Assembly (NCBI GenBank): GCA_963787125.1 | Contig: CAWBBV010000001.1 | Span: 288,001 to 352,000, forward strand | Direction: 5' to 3' | DNA: 64,000 nt | Source: an uncultured delta proteobacterium | GTDB lineage: Bacteria; Desulfobacterota; Desulfuromonadia; Geobacterales; DSM-12255 | Part shown: positions 10,415-20,479 of the stretch, one piece after another | How positions within the stretch are numbered: the first letter of the stretch is position 1 | Layout of the letters: each line of letters begins with the position of its first letter | Position numbers and translations under genes: made by a program | The notes under the pieces: generated by a model | Told to the model about the DNA's origin: nothing | Databases searched by the model: none | What the model saw: the letters and a program-made list of their open reading frames with translations, nothing else

Positions 10415-10618
10415 TTAATAGTGCGGCGGAGGGGCCTCTTCCTCTGCCGTATTATTGAGCGAAGGGAGCGCTGTCTGCAACTGTTCCTTTATCTGCCGCA
10501 GCTCAAAAGTCATTGCATCCAGCTGTTGCTGCTGACGGTAAACAAGCTCGTTAAGCTCTTCCAGCTGATACTGCTGATGAGTCAGCTGAATTTCCAGGTC
10601 TGTGATCTGAGTGCTCAT
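10415..10618 (-). CDS. slyX: SlyX family protein
   Basis: LEIQLTHQ coiled coil and C-terminal PPPHY. Confidence 0.9.
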   Translation of the reverse strand: MSTQITDLEIQLTHQQYQLEELNELVYRQQQQLDAMTFELRQIKEQLQTALPSLNNTAEEEAPPPHY

Positions 10619-10621
10619 AAG

Positions 10622-11644
10622 CTATTTTTGCGAAAGTCTGTGGACACACTCCACCATATATTTTGCATTTTCCGGCGGTACTGTCGGCAGTATTCCATGG
10701 CCAAGGTTAAAGATGTGGCCAGGCCGGCCGGCATTTTCATCCAGAACCCGCTTGACCTCACGCTCAATCACCTCTTTGGGCGCATAAAGAACAGTCGGGT
10801 CGAGATTACCCTGAACAGCAAACTCTGGGCCGAGAATATCCCTTGCCTCACCTAGGTTGATATGCCAATCAAGGCCCATGACATCGCCACCGGCTTTCTT
10901 GACGATAGGGAACATGGCGTTGGCACCCTTAACAAAGTGAATAATCGGGACATTCTGCCGGTTGAGCCCGTTAATCAGTTTTGTTGTGTAGGGGAGAACA
11001 TATTTTTCATAATCGGTCGGTGAGAGGACCCCGCCCCAGGTGTCGAAGATCTGAATAGCCTGAGCACCCGCTTTAATCTGGGCATTCAGGTACTCCATAT
11101 CCATCATGGTGATCTTTTCCATCAGCGCGGCATAGATATCTGGTGCAGCGTACATCATCCGCTTGATGGTCGCCCAGTCTTTCGAGCCTTTCCCTTCGAC
11201 CATGTAACAGGCAAGAGTGAACGGAGCGCCACCGAAACCGATAACCGGGACCTTGTTTGCCAATTCGCGGCGGAGAATCTTCAAGGTTTCGAGCACATAA
11301 GGGACATCTTCTTCCGGATTCGGAATCCGCAGAGCCTCGACATCAGCCATTGTCCTTATGGGGTGCTCGAAAACAGGCCCCGGAACAAAGTCGAGCTTCA
11401 TCCCCATCGGCTCTACCGGGGTAAGAATATCAGAAAACATGATCGCAGCATCAACACCGAGAAAATCAACCGGCTGAATACTCACCTCTGCAGCAAGCTC
11501 GGGAGTTTTGCAGAGCTCCAGAAAAGTACATTTCGAGCGGACACGCATGTATTCGGGTAGATAACGGCCTGCCTGCCGCATAAGCCATACGGGTGTACGA
11601 TCAACCGGCTTGCCCCAACAGGCATCAAGAAAACGTGTATTCAT
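10622..11644 (-). CDS. hemE: Uroporphyrinogen decarboxylase
   Basis: PVWLMRQAGRYLPEY, FSDIL and FNLGHGI motifs. Confidence 0.97.
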   Translation of the reverse strand: MNTRFLDACWGKPVDRTPVWLMRQAGRYLPEYMRVRSKCTFLELCKTPELAAEVSIQPVDFLGVDAAIMFSDILTPVEPMGMKLDFVPGPVFEHPIRTMADVEALRIPNPEEDVPYVLETLKILRRELANKVPVIGFGGAPFTLACYMVEGKGSKDWATIKRMMYAAPDIYAALMEKITMMDMEYLNAQIKAGAQAIQIFDTWGGVLSPTDYEKYVLPYTTKLINGLNRQNVPIIHFVKGANAMFPIVKKAGGDVMGLDWHINLGEARDILGPEFAVQGNLDPTVLYAPKEVIEREVKRVLDENAGRPGHIFNLGHGILPTVPPENAKYMVECVHRLSQK

Positions 11645-11664
11645 TTAAAGCTCCTCCTCGAAGT

Positions 11665-12735
11665 TTATGATTTTTTTTGAGTTCTTATGGGAACATAGTT
11701 ACAGAAAGGCTCTTCCGCCATATAGTCACCATAAATCGCATCAGCTCTGGCACGGCAGCCGCCGCAGACGTTAATGTATTCACATTCGCCGCACTTGCCC
11801 TTGTACGCCTTGAAATTCCGCAGGTCCTTGAATATCTCCGAATTTTCCCATATTTCCTTGAACGGGGTCGTCTTCACATTACCAGCAGTCCGGTGGAAAT
11901 AGGAACAAGGCTTGACATTACCAAAGCAGTCAATGAGACAAATGGTCTGTGCTGCGATGCACCCTTTGCCGCCACCGGTAGAGAAGGTCAGTGAACGGCG
12001 CTCGAACTTGACACCTTCAGCCTTGGCCTTCTGGGGAACTATCCGGTAATAGTGCGGAGCACAGGTCGGCCGCATCAGGATATCCTCTTCAAGCTTCTCC
12101 TGCTGGTAGTGCCAGTCAAGAATCTCTTCGTAATCCTCTTTGGTGATCAACTCTTTCATGATCTCCTCACCGCGACCGGTCGGAACAATCATGAACATGT
12201 ACCAGGCAGTCGCGCCGAGAGATTTGGCCACCTTGAAAGTATTGGCAATGTCAGACTGATTTCTCTTGGTAAAGGAGGAGTTGATCAGGAATTTCAGACC
12301 ATGCTTGCGAAAATATGCTGCTGCATTCACAACCCCCTGAAATGCGCCCGGAGATTGCCTGAAGTCATCATGAATCTCAGCGGTAGAGCCGTCAAGGGAG
12401 AGCGAGACCATCTTTATGTCCGCTTTTTTCATCTTCTCGCAGACTTCGTCATTCACCAGGGCACCGTTAGTGGCCATGCAGATCCGCAGACCGAGCGACG
12501 TACCGTACTCGGCAAGTTCAAAAATGTCAGGGCGCAGGAGCGGCTCGCCACCGGAAAGCACAACAACCGGCTTGGAGAACTCGGAAATTTCCCGCAGAAG
12601 CTTTTTCCCCTCTGCAGTGGTGAAATCCCCCTCTGATGAGGTCATATCTGATGAACAGCGGCAGTGAACACACTTGAGATTGCACTTCTGGGTAGTTTCC
12701 CAGGCAATCCATTTGGGGATGAACTCTTCGCTCAT
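11665..12735 (-). CDS. Radical SAM/SPASM protein, AhbD/NirJ family (putative coproheme decarboxylase)
   Basis: [27 protein letters not shown] cysteines ([20 protein letters not shown]); directly upstream of hemE. Confidence 0.8.
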   Translation of the reverse strand: MSEEFIPKWIAWETTQKCNLKCVHCRCSSDMTSSEGDFTTAEGKKLLREISEFSKPVVVLSGGEPLLRPDIFELAEYGTSLGLRICMATNGALVNDEVCEKMKKADIKMVSLSLDGSTAEIHDDFRQSPGAFQGVVNAAAYFRKHGLKFLINSSFTKRNQSDIANTFKVAKSLGATAWYMFMIVPTGRGEEIMKELITKEDYEEILDWHYQQEKLEEDILMRPTCAPHYYRIVPQKAKAEGVKFERRSLTFSTGGGKGCIAAQTICLIDCFGNVKPCSYFHRTAGNVKTTPFKEIWENSEIFKDLRNFKAYKGKCGECEYINVCGGCRARADAIYGDYMAEEPFCNYVPIRTQKKS

Positions 12736-12832
12736 ACACTCTCCGTAAAATTTACGTTTAATCTTTTGATAATAGTATGAAGTTGACTTTCAACTCAAGC
12801 AGAATCGGGCTGAGAGGGGTTGAGGCCTGGAT

Positions 12833-14068
12833 TCAATCAGGATAAAGTGTTGAAATATGATATATCGTATCGATATTTTCCAGAAAAATCTCCACCAGTT
12901 CAGGATCGAACATCTTTCCGGATTCGTTGCGCAGCTCTTCAACCACAGCTGAGGCGTCCCACGCATCCTTGTAACATCTTTTATTGGAGAGTGCGTCATA
13001 GACATCTGCTATCGCGACGATGCGGCCAAAAAGGGGGATCTCTTCCCCTTTTTTACCTCTGACTTTACCGTTTGCATCAGTATACCCTGCTAAAGGCTCG
13101 CCGCTTTGCAGGTCAATATAGCCAGGATAACCGTTGCCGTCCCACCTTTCATGATGGTTAAGAGTCACCGCCATTGCCGCATCATCGATGTCGGAATAAA
13201 GCTCCCCGAACAGCCGTGCACCGAAAACCGTGTGCTGCTTCATAATCTCATACTCTTCCGGCGTGAACCTGCCCGGCTTTTTGAGAATCAGATCAGAAAT
13301 AGCAACTTTGCCGACGTCATGCAGCATGGCAGCAAGACGAAGGGTATCGCGATTTCGCTCCATCTCTACCTGCGACAGACCTCTGGAATTCGCCCAGGCT
13401 TCATAGAGTGCAACAGAGCATGAGGCAACTCTGTTAACATGGGCTCCGGTCTCTTTAGGGTCACGTAGTTCTGCCATTTTGTTCATTCTGAGAATAATGC
13501 CCCTGGTGAGTTTTGCCCGCTCAACTGCGTTTGCGGCCACGTTCGCCAAGTGGGCAAGCACCGGCATCCCTGCTTCAGGGAAAGAAATGACCTCTCCCTT
13601 TCCATTCTTTGCGTTGATAAGCTGCAAAACCCCGGCAATATCGCCGCGCTGTGCAATCAGCGGCAAGGTCAGCATTGAACGGGTTCGATAACCGGAAATC
13701 TGATCATAACTTCTATTGAAAGCGTAAGGGGTTCCATCCGGTATATTCCAGGCGTCGGCAATATTGAGAGGTGCGCCTGTTACCGCCACATGACCGGAGA
13801 TTGAATTGCTGTTTATCGGCGTTCTGAAGGTCGAATAAATAAGTTTTTTACCTTGGGGGAGCTGCGCCTGAAGGGTATCGTTCTGGGTATATCTGAAGAT
13901 TAAGAAGTCACCCTCACGGATGTAGATCGATCCTGCATCAGAGCCGGTAAAAGAGCGAGCTTCAGCCAATATCTTTTCGAGAAGCAGATCTATATCCCTG
14001 ATTTTAGAGATCTCACTCTCGAAGTCCAAAACTCTCTTGAAGTTTATTTCCTCAGTCATGACAGTCAT
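12833..14068 (-). CDS. GAF + HD-GYP cyclic dinucleotide phosphodiesterase
   Basis: GAF domain, ETGAHV, LHDVGK, HHERWDGNGYP and ADVYDAL motifs. Confidence 0.9.
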   Translation of the reverse strand: MTVMTEEINFKRVLDFESEISKIRDIDLLLEKILAEARSFTGSDAGSIYIREGDFLIFRYTQNDTLQAQLPQGKKLIYSTFRTPINSNSISGHVAVTGAPLNIADAWNIPDGTPYAFNRSYDQISGYRTRSMLTLPLIAQRGDIAGVLQLINAKNGKGEVISFPEAGMPVLAHLANVAANAVERAKLTRGIILRMNKMAELRDPKETGAHVNRVASCSVALYEAWANSRGLSQVEMERNRDTLRLAAMLHDVGKVAISDLILKKPGRFTPEEYEIMKQHTVFGARLFGELYSDIDDAAMAVTLNHHERWDGNGYPGYIDLQSGEPLAGYTDANGKVRGKKGEEIPLFGRIVAIADVYDALSNKRCYKDAWDASAVVEELRNESGKMFDPELVEIFLENIDTIYHISTLYPD

Positions 14069-14082
14069 TCCTTAAAACTTCA

Positions 14083-15606
14083 TTAAAGCGGAAAAATTAT
14101 TGTAAAAGTGCTCCCTCTCCCCTCTTCACTCTCGACCCAGATCAATCCTTTATGGGCGTCCATAACCTTTCGGCAGAAAGCAAGACCAAGTCCGGTTCCC
14201 CTTGTTTTACCTTCCCGGCGATTTTGTGCCTGCACAAAGCGATCAAAGATCGATCCCAGAGACTCGGCAGGGATGCCGACACCGCTGTCCTTGACGGCAA
14301 TGCGCAGATAATGCCCAGCAGAAGGAATCATGGTTGCCGGATAAAGCCCCTTGGGGATGACATCCGCTAGGGCTGAAAACTCTTCCAGCAGATCCGTGGA
14401 AACTGTAATCGACCCTTTCTCCGGGGTAAATTTCAGGGCATTCGTCAAAAGATTGCCAATCAAACGGGTAAAGGTCACTCTATCCAGATTACATTCGGGC
14501 AGATCAGGGTTTGTTTTGAACAGGAGCATTATCCCGGCTCTTTCAGCGGCAGTATAATACTGATTCACCAGCTTCTCCAAAAGATGTTGCGCCTTTTCAG
14601 GCGTGAACTTCATCACCATCCTGCCGGCCTCAAACTTATGAATATCGAGCAACGAGTTGATCATCTCGACCATCTCGGAACAGCTCTCTTCAGCTGCCTC
14701 GATGAATTCGCGCTGATCCTTGTTGATCGGGCCAAGACGGCCTTCACGGACCAGATCCAGTGAGCCTACTATAGAGGTGATTGGATTTTTAAGATCGTGA
14801 GAAAGCATGCTGACAAAATCCTCTCGCTCTCTCTCCAGCGCTTTCAGGCTGGAAATATCCCTGATAATCTCAACTGCTCCGATAAGATGACCGGAGTTAT
14901 CATAGAGCGGTGCAGCGCTTGACAGCACCGGGATATTCCCGGTCGGTCCGACAATGGAGTAACTTACATCGATCTCAGGCGATCCAGTTGCCAGAACTTT
15001 TCTCAGGGGCAACTCCACGTCTTCCGGAAGATCCGTTTCCAGGAGCTCATCAAGACTCTTGCCGATTAATGTTTCACGATCCTTACCAAGAATATATTCC
15101 GCCATTCTGTTGACAGAAATGATAACTCCCCTGGTATCAACAGCTATAAGCAGCTCAGCCATTCCTTGCAGTATCGCCTCTGTTTTTATCTGTTCTGCGG
15201 CAAGCTCTTGCTGCAAGCGTTCATTTTCCTGGAGCGTCCGGTTGTAGGCTATGGCTCTTTCGACCCGCTTAAGCATGTCATCATTGGAAAACGGTTTGGC
15301 AATATAATCAAGCGCCCCGTCTTTCATAGCCGCGACTGCAATCCCTTCGTTTCCATGAGCCGTCATCATCACAACGACCATGGCCGGATAGGCTTCTCTT
15401 GCCCGCTTCAACACTTGCAGACCGTCCATTTTCGGCATTTTTATATCTAGGAGCAGCAGCTCAAACTCTTCTTTTGCCAACATTTCCAGAGCTTCGACGC
15501 CATCTTTTACCCGAACGGTCTTGTAGCCTGCATCCTCAAGCTGCAGTTTGAGAATCAGCGCAATATCCATTTCATCATCCGCAATCAGTATCCTATCCCT
15601 TACCAT
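14083..15606 (-). CDS. REC-PAS-histidine kinase
   Basis: N-terminal REC (LLDIKMP), PAS, SHDLKNP H-box, HATPase G boxes; ATG 15606 with GGAG RBS overlaps upstream kinase. Confidence 0.9.
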   Translation of the reverse strand: MVRDRILIADDEMDIALILKLQLEDAGYKTVRVKDGVEALEMLAKEEFELLLLDIKMPKMDGLQVLKRAREAYPAMVVVMMTAHGNEGIAVAAMKDGALDYIAKPFSNDDMLKRVERAIAYNRTLQENERLQQELAAEQIKTEAILQGMAELLIAVDTRGVIISVNRMAEYILGKDRETLIGKSLDELLETDLPEDVELPLRKVLATGSPEIDVSYSIVGPTGNIPVLSSAAPLYDNSGHLIGAVEIIRDISSLKALEREREDFVSMLSHDLKNPITSIVGSLDLVREGRLGPINKDQREFIEAAEESCSEMVEMINSLLDIHKFEAGRMVMKFTPEKAQHLLEKLVNQYYTAAERAGIMLLFKTNPDLPECNLDRVTFTRLIGNLLTNALKFTPEKGSITVSTDLLEEFSALADVIPKGLYPATMIPSAGHYLRIAVKDSGVGIPAESLGSIFDRFVQAQNRREGKTRGTGLGLAFCRKVMDAHKGLIWVESEEGRGSTFTIIFPL

Positions 15607-17869
15607 TAAACTCTCCATATAGCGGTACAGAGAAGGTGAAGACATTACCTCCAACTGCCCCCGTGGTGTGACAGATGCTGCCGCCATGTCTTTCGATTAT
15701 CTCTCTGCTTATTGCCAGGCCAAGTCCATTGCCGCTAAATTCGCCATTTTCTGCCTCCCCCATCTGCTGAAATCTGCTAAAGAGCGAATCTCGCTCTTCT
15801 TCGGGAATAGCTTTGCCGTCATCAGAAACTGAAAGCGCCAGAAAAGACCGTTCAACAGCCGCGCTCAGGGTAACAACAGAATCTTCAGGAGCGAATTTAA
15901 TCGCGTTAGAAAGCAAGTTAACGAGTACTTGGGTTAAACGTTCATGATCTCCATAAACTTGCGGCAGATCCATCGGGACATCATTGACAAGCGAGATGTT
16001 CCTGTAAAGCGCTGAGCTCTTTACCTCCTCGATGGCATACAGAACTGTTTCGCCAATCTGCAGAGATTTCATTGAGAAAAATATCTGCCCTGCCTCGATT
16101 CTCGAAAGTTCAATAATACTTGCCACAAGAGTTATCAGCCGTTCGGTATTTCTCAAGCAGACGCCGAGCATCTCCCGCTCCACCCCGGTAAGCCATTTTC
16201 CCTTTTTAAGGATGAACTGCAGAGACCCCTTCATTGAAGTCAGCGGGGTTTTCAGCTCGTGCGAAACTTTGGCAATAAAGCCGCTCTTTAGCCTGTCAAC
16301 CTCACCGTCTGTGGTTACATCGCGAATCCCGAGTAAGAGTCCTCTGCCAAGACCTCTTTCGTCTGTCAACTCCGTAATCGCAAACTTTAAAATCTTGCGG
16401 TTATATTTTAAGGTGAGATTCGATTGACCTTCGGCTGATACGGCTGCTGCCCCCCTTTCGAGTAGTGCAGCCAAATCATTGAGACTCAGCTGATCGCAAA
16501 ATCGTGGCAATGCTTCTCCGACTATATCTGCAGCTCTCACGCCGAACAGTTTTTCAGCAGCCGGATTCAGCTCGATAATCCTGGAATCATTGTCTGCTAC
16601 TACCAAACCGTCCATAAGACTTTTTATAATGGACTTCTGGATTGCCGTTTCATCTTCAAGTTGCTGGGCTCTCTCGCTGACTCTTTTTTCAAGATCTTCG
16701 TTAAGTACCGTAAGTTCAGTATGTTGTTTTTGAATAATAGAATCCCTGACGCTTAATGCCTCTGACATTCTATTAAATGTTTCTGCAAGGGTCTTAAACT
16801 CTTGGCTGCCGCTTTCCGGGATTTTTATAGAGTAGTCTCCGGCTTCGATAGACTTTACCGCGTTTGAAAATTTTCGGATCGGCGAGGTAAATTGCCAGGC
16901 AGTAAAGTATGCAAGGATAAATATAAGCGCAAAGCTCATTAATCCACAGATAATAAGATTTCTAAAGTTGTCACTGCGGACACTCGCAAACTGGCTTTTT
17001 CCCAGGGCAACGGCAATCGAACCGATAAACTCCCCCTTATGGTTGTGAATCGGCTCGGCTATCATCTCGTATTCGCGACTGTTCAAGACGGTAGAGCCAT
17101 TAAAAGAGAAGCCGCTTTTCATTGCCTGGAGAACCTTGGGCTCAAGGGCTGAGTTAACCCATCCCGGTTCTGTTACTGTGCTGGCTATCCGTTCCCCTAA
17201 CTGGGTCACAAACATGTCCACCGTCTTGCCAAATACCTTCTGTTGCTGATACGGCAAGTGCGGATCCTTGTTGACATCGTCTCCTGTCGCAATAACCCCG
17301 AGCAGAGCGCCGCTATTATCCAGCACCGGCACTAATACCAGCTGCACCATTACATCCTTGTTCTCGGGGAGAGCGTTACAAGCCTCAGCACTCACTTCAA
17401 GGCAGTATTTTTCATGAGTTATCAGTTCCGTAGTTATAAACGGCTGCTTTCTGTCAGCGAGACTTTTAAACAGCTCTCCACGTAGAAACGAGCCCGGGTT
17501 TTTTTGGCCATTGTTCCTGGTGATAACATTTTGACGAGCGTCTAAAATAGTCAGCATCTCAATGAAATCGAGCGACTTTAGCCAGCGATTTGCGGAATCC
17601 TGCAGTGATGAATTTTCATTCGCCAGGAATGCTTTTTGTAATGCGATTGATGCGGCGGGCAGTTTTAGCGCTTCAAGAACCAATTCAGGCCGAGCATTGA
17701 ACTGGCTTTTGGCAAACTTGAGCGCATATTCCAGGTCTTTTGAGGTTTCATCTTCAATAAAGCGCTGAATTGTGGTAATTGAGGAAAAAAAGAGAAAGGC
17801 GTATGAACACGCAAGAATGGCAGCAATGGCAAAAAAGAGTCTGCTTTTAATGGTCAGGCTACTCTTCAT
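15593..17869 (-). CDS. Membrane sensor histidine kinase (Cache-HAMP-PAS-HisKA-HATPase)
   Basis: Two TMs flanking an extracytoplasmic domain, HAMP, SHELKTPLT, NLLSNAIKF, GLGLAI. Confidence 0.9.
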   Translation of the reverse strand: MKSSLTIKSRLFFAIAAILACSYAFLFFSSITTIQRFIEDETSKDLEYALKFAKSQFNARPELVLEALKLPAASIALQKAFLANENSSLQDSANRWLKSLDFIEMLTILDARQNVITRNNGQKNPGSFLRGELFKSLADRKQPFITTELITHEKYCLEVSAEACNALPENKDVMVQLVLVPVLDNSGALLGVIATGDDVNKDPHLPYQQQKVFGKTVDMFVTQLGERIASTVTEPGWVNSALEPKVLQAMKSGFSFNGSTVLNSREYEMIAEPIHNHKGEFIGSIAVALGKSQFASVRSDNFRNLIICGLMSFALIFILAYFTAWQFTSPIRKFSNAVKSIEAGDYSIKIPESGSQEFKTLAETFNRMSEALSVRDSIIQKQHTELTVLNEDLEKRVSERAQQLEDETAIQKSIIKSLMDGLVVADNDSRIIELNPAAEKLFGVRAADIVGEALPRFCDQLSLNDLAALLERGAAAVSAEGQSNLTLKYNRKILKFAITELTDERGLGRGLLLGIRDVTTDGEVDRLKSGFIAKVSHELKTPLTSMKGSLQFILKKGKWLTGVEREMLGVCLRNTERLITLVASIIELSRIEAGQIFFSMKSLQIGETVLYAIEEVKSSALYRNISLVNDVPMDLPQVYGDHERLTQVLVNLLSNAIKFAPEDSVVTLSAAVERSFLALSVSDDGKAIPEEERDSLFSRFQQMGEAENGEFSGNGLGLAISREIIERHGGSICHTTGAVGGNVFTFSVPLYGEFNGKG

Positions 17870-17894
17870 TTAGTACCCGTGAAGAAATGGCAGG

Positions 17895-18902
17895 CTAAAA
17901 TCCTTCGGCTTTAAGATCTCTCGACATTAGTTCAATAACAGCATCTCTTGCCGGTCTGTCGTTGTAGAGAATCTCGTTAACCTTGAATGCTATCGGCATC
18001 TCAATACCTAGTTTCCATGCCAACAGGCAGGTCGATTCGGTTGTTTTTACCCCTTCCGCTACCATTCGCATCTCGGCGAGAATGGCCGCAAGCGTTCGTC
18101 CCTGGCCAAGCTGAATACCGACGCTCCGGTTTCGTGAGAGATCACCCGTACAGGTGAGCACCAGATCTCCCATGCCGGCAAGTCCGGCAAAAGTCTCGCC
18201 GCGAGCACCCAAAGCCTGGCCGAGCCTGGATATTTCTGCAAGCCCCCGTGTTATGAGAGCTGCCCTGGTGTTACAGCCAAATCCGAGTCCGTCGGCAATA
18301 CCGGCAGCAATAGCTATAACATTTTTAACAGCTCCGCCCAGTTCTACGCCGGTTACGTCACTATTGGTGTATACCCTGAAAAAAGGGCAGTTGAATATAT
18401 CCTGAACCCCTTTGGCTATCAATGGATCTGCGGCGGCGGCGACAACAGCGGTCGGCATCTCCATGGCAACCTCTCTGGCAAAGCTTGGGCCGGAAAGAAC
18501 TGCAAATCTTCTGTACATCGCCTCGGGCAAGCTCTCTTCATAAACCTGGGAGACTAGTTTGAGGGTCTCAACTTCGATCCCTTTGGAGGCGCTGACTATG
18601 ATAGCATCTGGTGGAATGTGCGGCACCGCCTCGACCAGCACTCTTCTTAAGACTTGGGAAGGGACAACAAAAAGCAGCAGGTCTTTGCCGCTGACTGCCT
18701 CTTCGAGGGAAGCAGTAACGTTCAGATTGTCGGCCAGTTTGATGCCGGGAAGATAAACTGTATTCTCGCGGCTGATCTCCATCTCGCTGACCAACTCTTT
18801 TTCATACGCCCAGAGAGTAACCCTGTGGCGCTTCTTTGCCAGCAGATCCGCCAGAGTCGTGCCCCAGCTTCCTGCCCCTATTACCCCGATTGATTTATAC
18901 AT
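17895..18902 (-). CDS. gpsA: NAD(P)H-dependent glycerol-3-phosphate dehydrogenase
   Basis: GAGSWGT, SGPSFA, GAVKNVIAI and GDLVLTC..SRN motifs. Confidence 0.96.
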   Translation of the reverse strand: MYKSIGVIGAGSWGTTLADLLAKKRHRVTLWAYEKELVSEMEISRENTVYLPGIKLADNLNVTASLEEAVSGKDLLLFVVPSQVLRRVLVEAVPHIPPDAIIVSASKGIEVETLKLVSQVYEESLPEAMYRRFAVLSGPSFAREVAMEMPTAVVAAAADPLIAKGVQDIFNCPFFRVYTNSDVTGVELGGAVKNVIAIAAGIADGLGFGCNTRAALITRGLAEISRLGQALGARGETFAGLAGMGDLVLTCTGDLSRNRSVGIQLGQGRTLAAILAEMRMVAEGVKTTESTCLLAWKLGIEMPIAFKVNEILYNDRPARDAVIELMSRDLKAEGF

Positions 18903-18916
18903 AAATTATCGTTTCC

Positions 18917-20473
18917 TTAATCGTCCCAGTCTTCCTGATAATCCCTGAAATCATACCCCTCTTCCAGAGCCTCCCTGGCAACTATCATGCTCTCCATGGC
19001 AAAGCGCCGCAAAAAAGGGTGCAGATGGCAGGGGAGAGAGAACTCTTTTATGCTCTCTGCCGCTGCAAGTGCCGCTTTTACAAGTTCACCGTCTACTCCG
19101 GTTCTGGCAAGATAATCGGCGTTAAGAACAAGGCGGCGCGAAATATCCCCCAGCCTTGGTTGAATCTCGTCCCGGCAAAGCTTCTCAATAAGCCTCTCAA
19201 GGGCTTTGCTCAGGTCTTCTTTTGAGGAGTTCTTCTCAAGTCGCAACCATTCTGCTGCTATGTCATATACCAGACAGCTCTCAATAGCCCAACCTGCGAA
19301 AAACTCATCTTCAAAAAGCTGGGTTGAAACTGCCAGTAGCGTTGGCGTCACTTTCACTTCCCAGCCATCCATAGGCGGAGTGTAGCGAGCCGGTCTTATC
19401 TCTTCCGGAGTAAAAATCCTGCGCCGCAGCATAAACTCGGGCGGCAGAGGATATTCTCCTTCACGGTTTTTTAGCAGTGCATCACAAAGAAGCTCAATGA
19501 CAAACTCCGGGGCTACCGGCTCAACAATCTCCTGCCCAGCCCTCTCCGTTGTTCGTTCTACGTAACGCTCCGGCAACTCTGCAGTCTCGCCAGAGACATC
19601 TTCCAGACCATTAATATCGCTTAGTTGCAGGTCGATTGAATCGATTTTGCCATCTTCACGCCACCTGGCAATCAGCACGTTTCTGAAACCGTTGCCGTCA
19701 ACCGGTCCGGCATATGCTGAGTGAAAGGGTTGAAGAGACTGTGGAGATTTCTGGATATTGCCCTGGATACCTAGAAAGGCAAGCCTTTTAAGACTCTGAT
19801 CTATTGCGCTGTACTGAATCGGATCGGCACATTCGCGAAAAAACAGCAGCGCATTTGCAGCGGTGTGTCGTTTGACTCGTCCAAGAGCAGCTATAGCCGC
19901 CTTGACAACAGCCTCATTGTCGTAGCTAAGAAGTAGCTCGAGGAACTCCGGAACGCGTTCATCGGGCAGCCGTGACAGTTCCAGTAAAAAAGAGTGTTTC
20001 ACTTCAATAGTCTTTACGGCGAATTCTTCAAGGAGAGAAACCATCCCCTCCTCGCCTCTATTCATAAAGCGCGTGAAAAGCTCCGCTATGGGCGGAGAAG
20101 AAGCTGTAAGCAGGGTAGAAAAGGGTGGGGCGGTTACATCAATACCGCAATCTTCGAGAGTGGCCAGGAGGGCAGATTGCCCTTCAAACTCAAGATCGCG
20201 CCGCTTTAAAGCGATCTGGATTATCTGGTCAAGCCAGTATCTATCGTCGAGGAAATCAAGCAGATAGGTATATTTTGAAACGAGAGGCCCGCTCTTTTCA
20301 CGGGAGATGTTGCGCAGAAGCGGCTGAACGGCCGAACGCCCCGCTTTATGGATAAGCGTTCCGATCTCATCCATTTCAGCGTAGGTTATATTCTCCTTTT
20401 TCAGTTTTTCAAGAAGGTGGAGAACTCCCTGACGCTCATTGAAACTTCTGTCAATCTTCCGAGGATTTTCCAT
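18917..20473 (-). CDS. Hypothetical protein with HEAT-like repeats
   Basis: Long ORF in tight operon; AVVKAAIAALGRV-type HEAT repeats. Confidence 0.75.
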   Translation of the reverse strand: MENPRKIDRSFNERQGVLHLLEKLKKENITYAEMDEIGTLIHKAGRSAVQPLLRNISREKSGPLVSKYTYLLDFLDDRYWLDQIIQIALKRRDLEFEGQSALLATLEDCGIDVTAPPFSTLLTASSPPIAELFTRFMNRGEEGMVSLLEEFAVKTIEVKHSFLLELSRLPDERVPEFLELLLSYDNEAVVKAAIAALGRVKRHTAANALLFFRECADPIQYSAIDQSLKRLAFLGIQGNIQKSPQSLQPFHSAYAGPVDGNGFRNVLIARWREDGKIDSIDLQLSDINGLEDVSGETAELPERYVERTTERAGQEIVEPVAPEFVIELLCDALLKNREGEYPLPPEFMLRRRIFTPEEIRPARYTPPMDGWEVKVTPTLLAVSTQLFEDEFFAGWAIESCLVYDIAAEWLRLEKNSSKEDLSKALERLIEKLCRDEIQPRLGDISRRLVLNADYLARTGVDGELVKAALAAAESIKEFSLPCHLHPFLRRFAMESMIVAREALEEGYDFRDYQEDWDD

Positions 20474-20479
20474 TTGAGC

